The notes below the pieces were generated by a model. The model had not been told where the DNA came from. It worked only from the letters and a program-made list of their open reading frames with translations, and searched no databases. The translations under genes and the position numbers were made by a program. This document shows, piece after piece, positions 62,566-64,000 of a stretch of DNA of 64,000 bases (positions are counted from its first letter, which is position 1; every line of letters starts with the position of its first letter). Source of the stretch: Batkoa obscura (lineage: Eukaryota); NCBI GenBank assembly GCA_030770535.1, contig JASVEC010000013.1:310001-374000 (forward strand), read 5' to 3'.

Positions 62566-63468
62566 ATGGAAATCGATTCCTATAATTCATTTCATTATAC
62601 AGCCGTAGGATTAATTTTTGCAGCTATACTATTAAATACATTTTTGATATATTTTTGCCTACGTATAAAGACATTAACCAGAGATTTAAAATTAATAATT
62701 GCTATAGCAGCAGCAGAGTATTTTGTACCAATAGTAGTATTGATTGATTATATATACTATTGCATCCATGAAGAAAGACTAATTCACATAAATTTAGGAT
62801 GTCAAGTCCTTGGATTTTTAACAACAATTATCTATTATTTTGAAATTTTATTAAACGTTTTTTTAGCTGCTGAAAGGTTATGCAAAGTACTTGAAGTTAG
62901 ACTACCTACTTTTGTATATTTTGTGTTATATTCAAATACCCTAGTTTTTTTGTTCCTTTTATCCTATTGTACATCTCAAAATTTAATGATACCGGCTACT
63001 TCCGAATTAACTTGCGTGTTAGCTGTAACTACTTCAATACTTGGCTCAATTACTTATCATTATCTTTTATTTGGATTTTTCTTAGGAATTGTAATAATAT
63101 CCTTATGTTATTATAAACTAGCCAAAAGCATAACCAATTTGAAAAATTTTATTGAAATCGAAGCAATTTCAAACCGAAGTAAGCAAGTGAGCAGTGTAAA
63201 CCCAAAGTATAATTCGGCTTCAATTAGAATATACATTATATTAATATTGTATACTATCTGTATGTTTGGTTCAATTTTTTTCCATTTATTAGAAAGCTCA
63301 CTCCATTATACATGGGGTAAAATAAATCAAACAATACTTATTACAAATCAAGTAGCCCAAATCTTATTTATCATTGGGATATTGACCAATTCAACGTTAC
63401 TTTTAACTATACATACTGGTATAAGAAAAGAAGTGACCTTCTTTTACAGACATATGAAGTGCTGGTAG
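62566..63468 (+). CDS. Class A-like 7TM receptor, subfamily III (divergent)
   Basis: 300 aa; TM1 LLN, GCQVLGF at TM3 start, AERL at the DRY position, ECL2 SELTCV, TM7 LTNSTL..IH. Confidence 0.75.
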   Translation: MEIDSYNSFHYTAVGLIFAAILLNTFLIYFCLRIKTLTRDLKLIIAIAAAEYFVPIVVLIDYIYYCIHEERLIHINLGCQVLGFLTTIIYYFEILLNVFLAAERLCKVLEVRLPTFVYFVLYSNTLVFLFLLSYCTSQNLMIPATSELTCVLAVTTSILGSITYHYLLFGFFLGIVIISLCYYKLAKSITNLKNFIEIEAISNRSKQVSSVNPKYNSASIRIYIILILYTICMFGSIFFHLLESSLHYTWGKINQTILITNQVAQILFIIGILTNSTLLLTIHTGIRKEVTFFYRHMKCW

Positions 63469-63886
63469 TCAGCTATAGTATCATATTTGATATCCGTTCA
63501 CTTGATTAATATTAGTTCAATCACTTGGTTAAATTACTCGCCTTATTTCATTATCCATTTCATCATTTTACTAATAAATCCGAAAATATTACCCATTTTA
63601 CCTTTGAATTTATTTAAACTAATCCTGGTAAAATAGGTAAGCATAGTTAAGTTCCTGTTTGCGCTTCATATGCATGTTAAAATTTAATTCATCAATATAG
63701 TTGTCACTTGTAAAAGATAATGATACTATTTTATATTTAAACATAGATTTTACTTTCTAATTGAAAATTAGAAAATGCTTTCAATTGATTTGTAAAAACA
63801 AAGTTAAAAGTACAAAAAAATAGGTTATATATTAATTGCTACATTAGAATTCAAGCAACTAATCTCTTCGAGAATTGCCCAAAAAT

Positions 63887-63959
63887 GGTCCCGTGGCCCA
63901 ATGGATAAGGCGTCTGTCTACGGAACAGAAGATTCCAGGTTCGATCCCTGGCGGGATCA
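63887..63959 (+). tRNA. tRNA-Arg (anticodon ACG)
   Basis: GGTCCCG/CGGGATC acceptor stem, D-loop TGGATAA, anticodon arm TCTGT-CTACGGA-ACAGA, T arm CCAGG-TTCGATC-CCTGG; T-run downstream. Confidence 0.95.
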
Positions 63960-64000
63960 TTAAATTTTTTTGAATTTCTCCCAGTTTTAACTACTTGGGT

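Noticed and set aside
16383..63468. 7TM genes as opsins (type 2 rhodopsins)
   Set aside because: The position six residues before the TM7 Asn (rhodopsin K296 equivalent) is S, S, S, Y, F, F, F or I, never Lys, so no retinal Schiff base is expected.

Overview
AT-rich eukaryotic (fungal) DNA with very short (~42-57 nt) GT-AG introns; the gene set (Pom152, Och1-like GT32, Cse1, many intronless class A-like 7TM receptors, F-box/LRR) suggests an early-diverging fungus such as Conidiobolus/Neoconidiobolus (Entomophthoromycotina; inference). The first ~15 kb is mostly housekeeping: frameshifted SURF4/Erv29-like gene, frameshifted F-box/LRR gene, tRNA-iMet, SQS1-like R3H/G-patch gene, long-chain acyl-CoA synthetase, TMEM184/OSTalpha-like gene and CSE1. 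From 16 kb on is an accessory region holding eight intronless rhodopsin-like 7TM receptor genes in alternating orientation, three identical secreted Gly/Ser-rich protein genes, a secreted Pro/Tyr decapeptide-repeat gene, POM152, a GT32 mannosyltransferase, a second tRNA-iMet and a tRNA-Arg(ACG). About 22 copies of a ~105-bp MITE-like element lie in the intergenic spaces, together with a 318-bp foldback, a small TIR element, a LINE (zf-RVT) relic and a possible hAT relic. The most notable structures are two long inverted identity tracts. One is 509 bp inside two convergent receptor genes, one of which has lost its start codon; it could swap receptor C-terminal halves. The other is 1068 bp around two of the secreted-protein genes.
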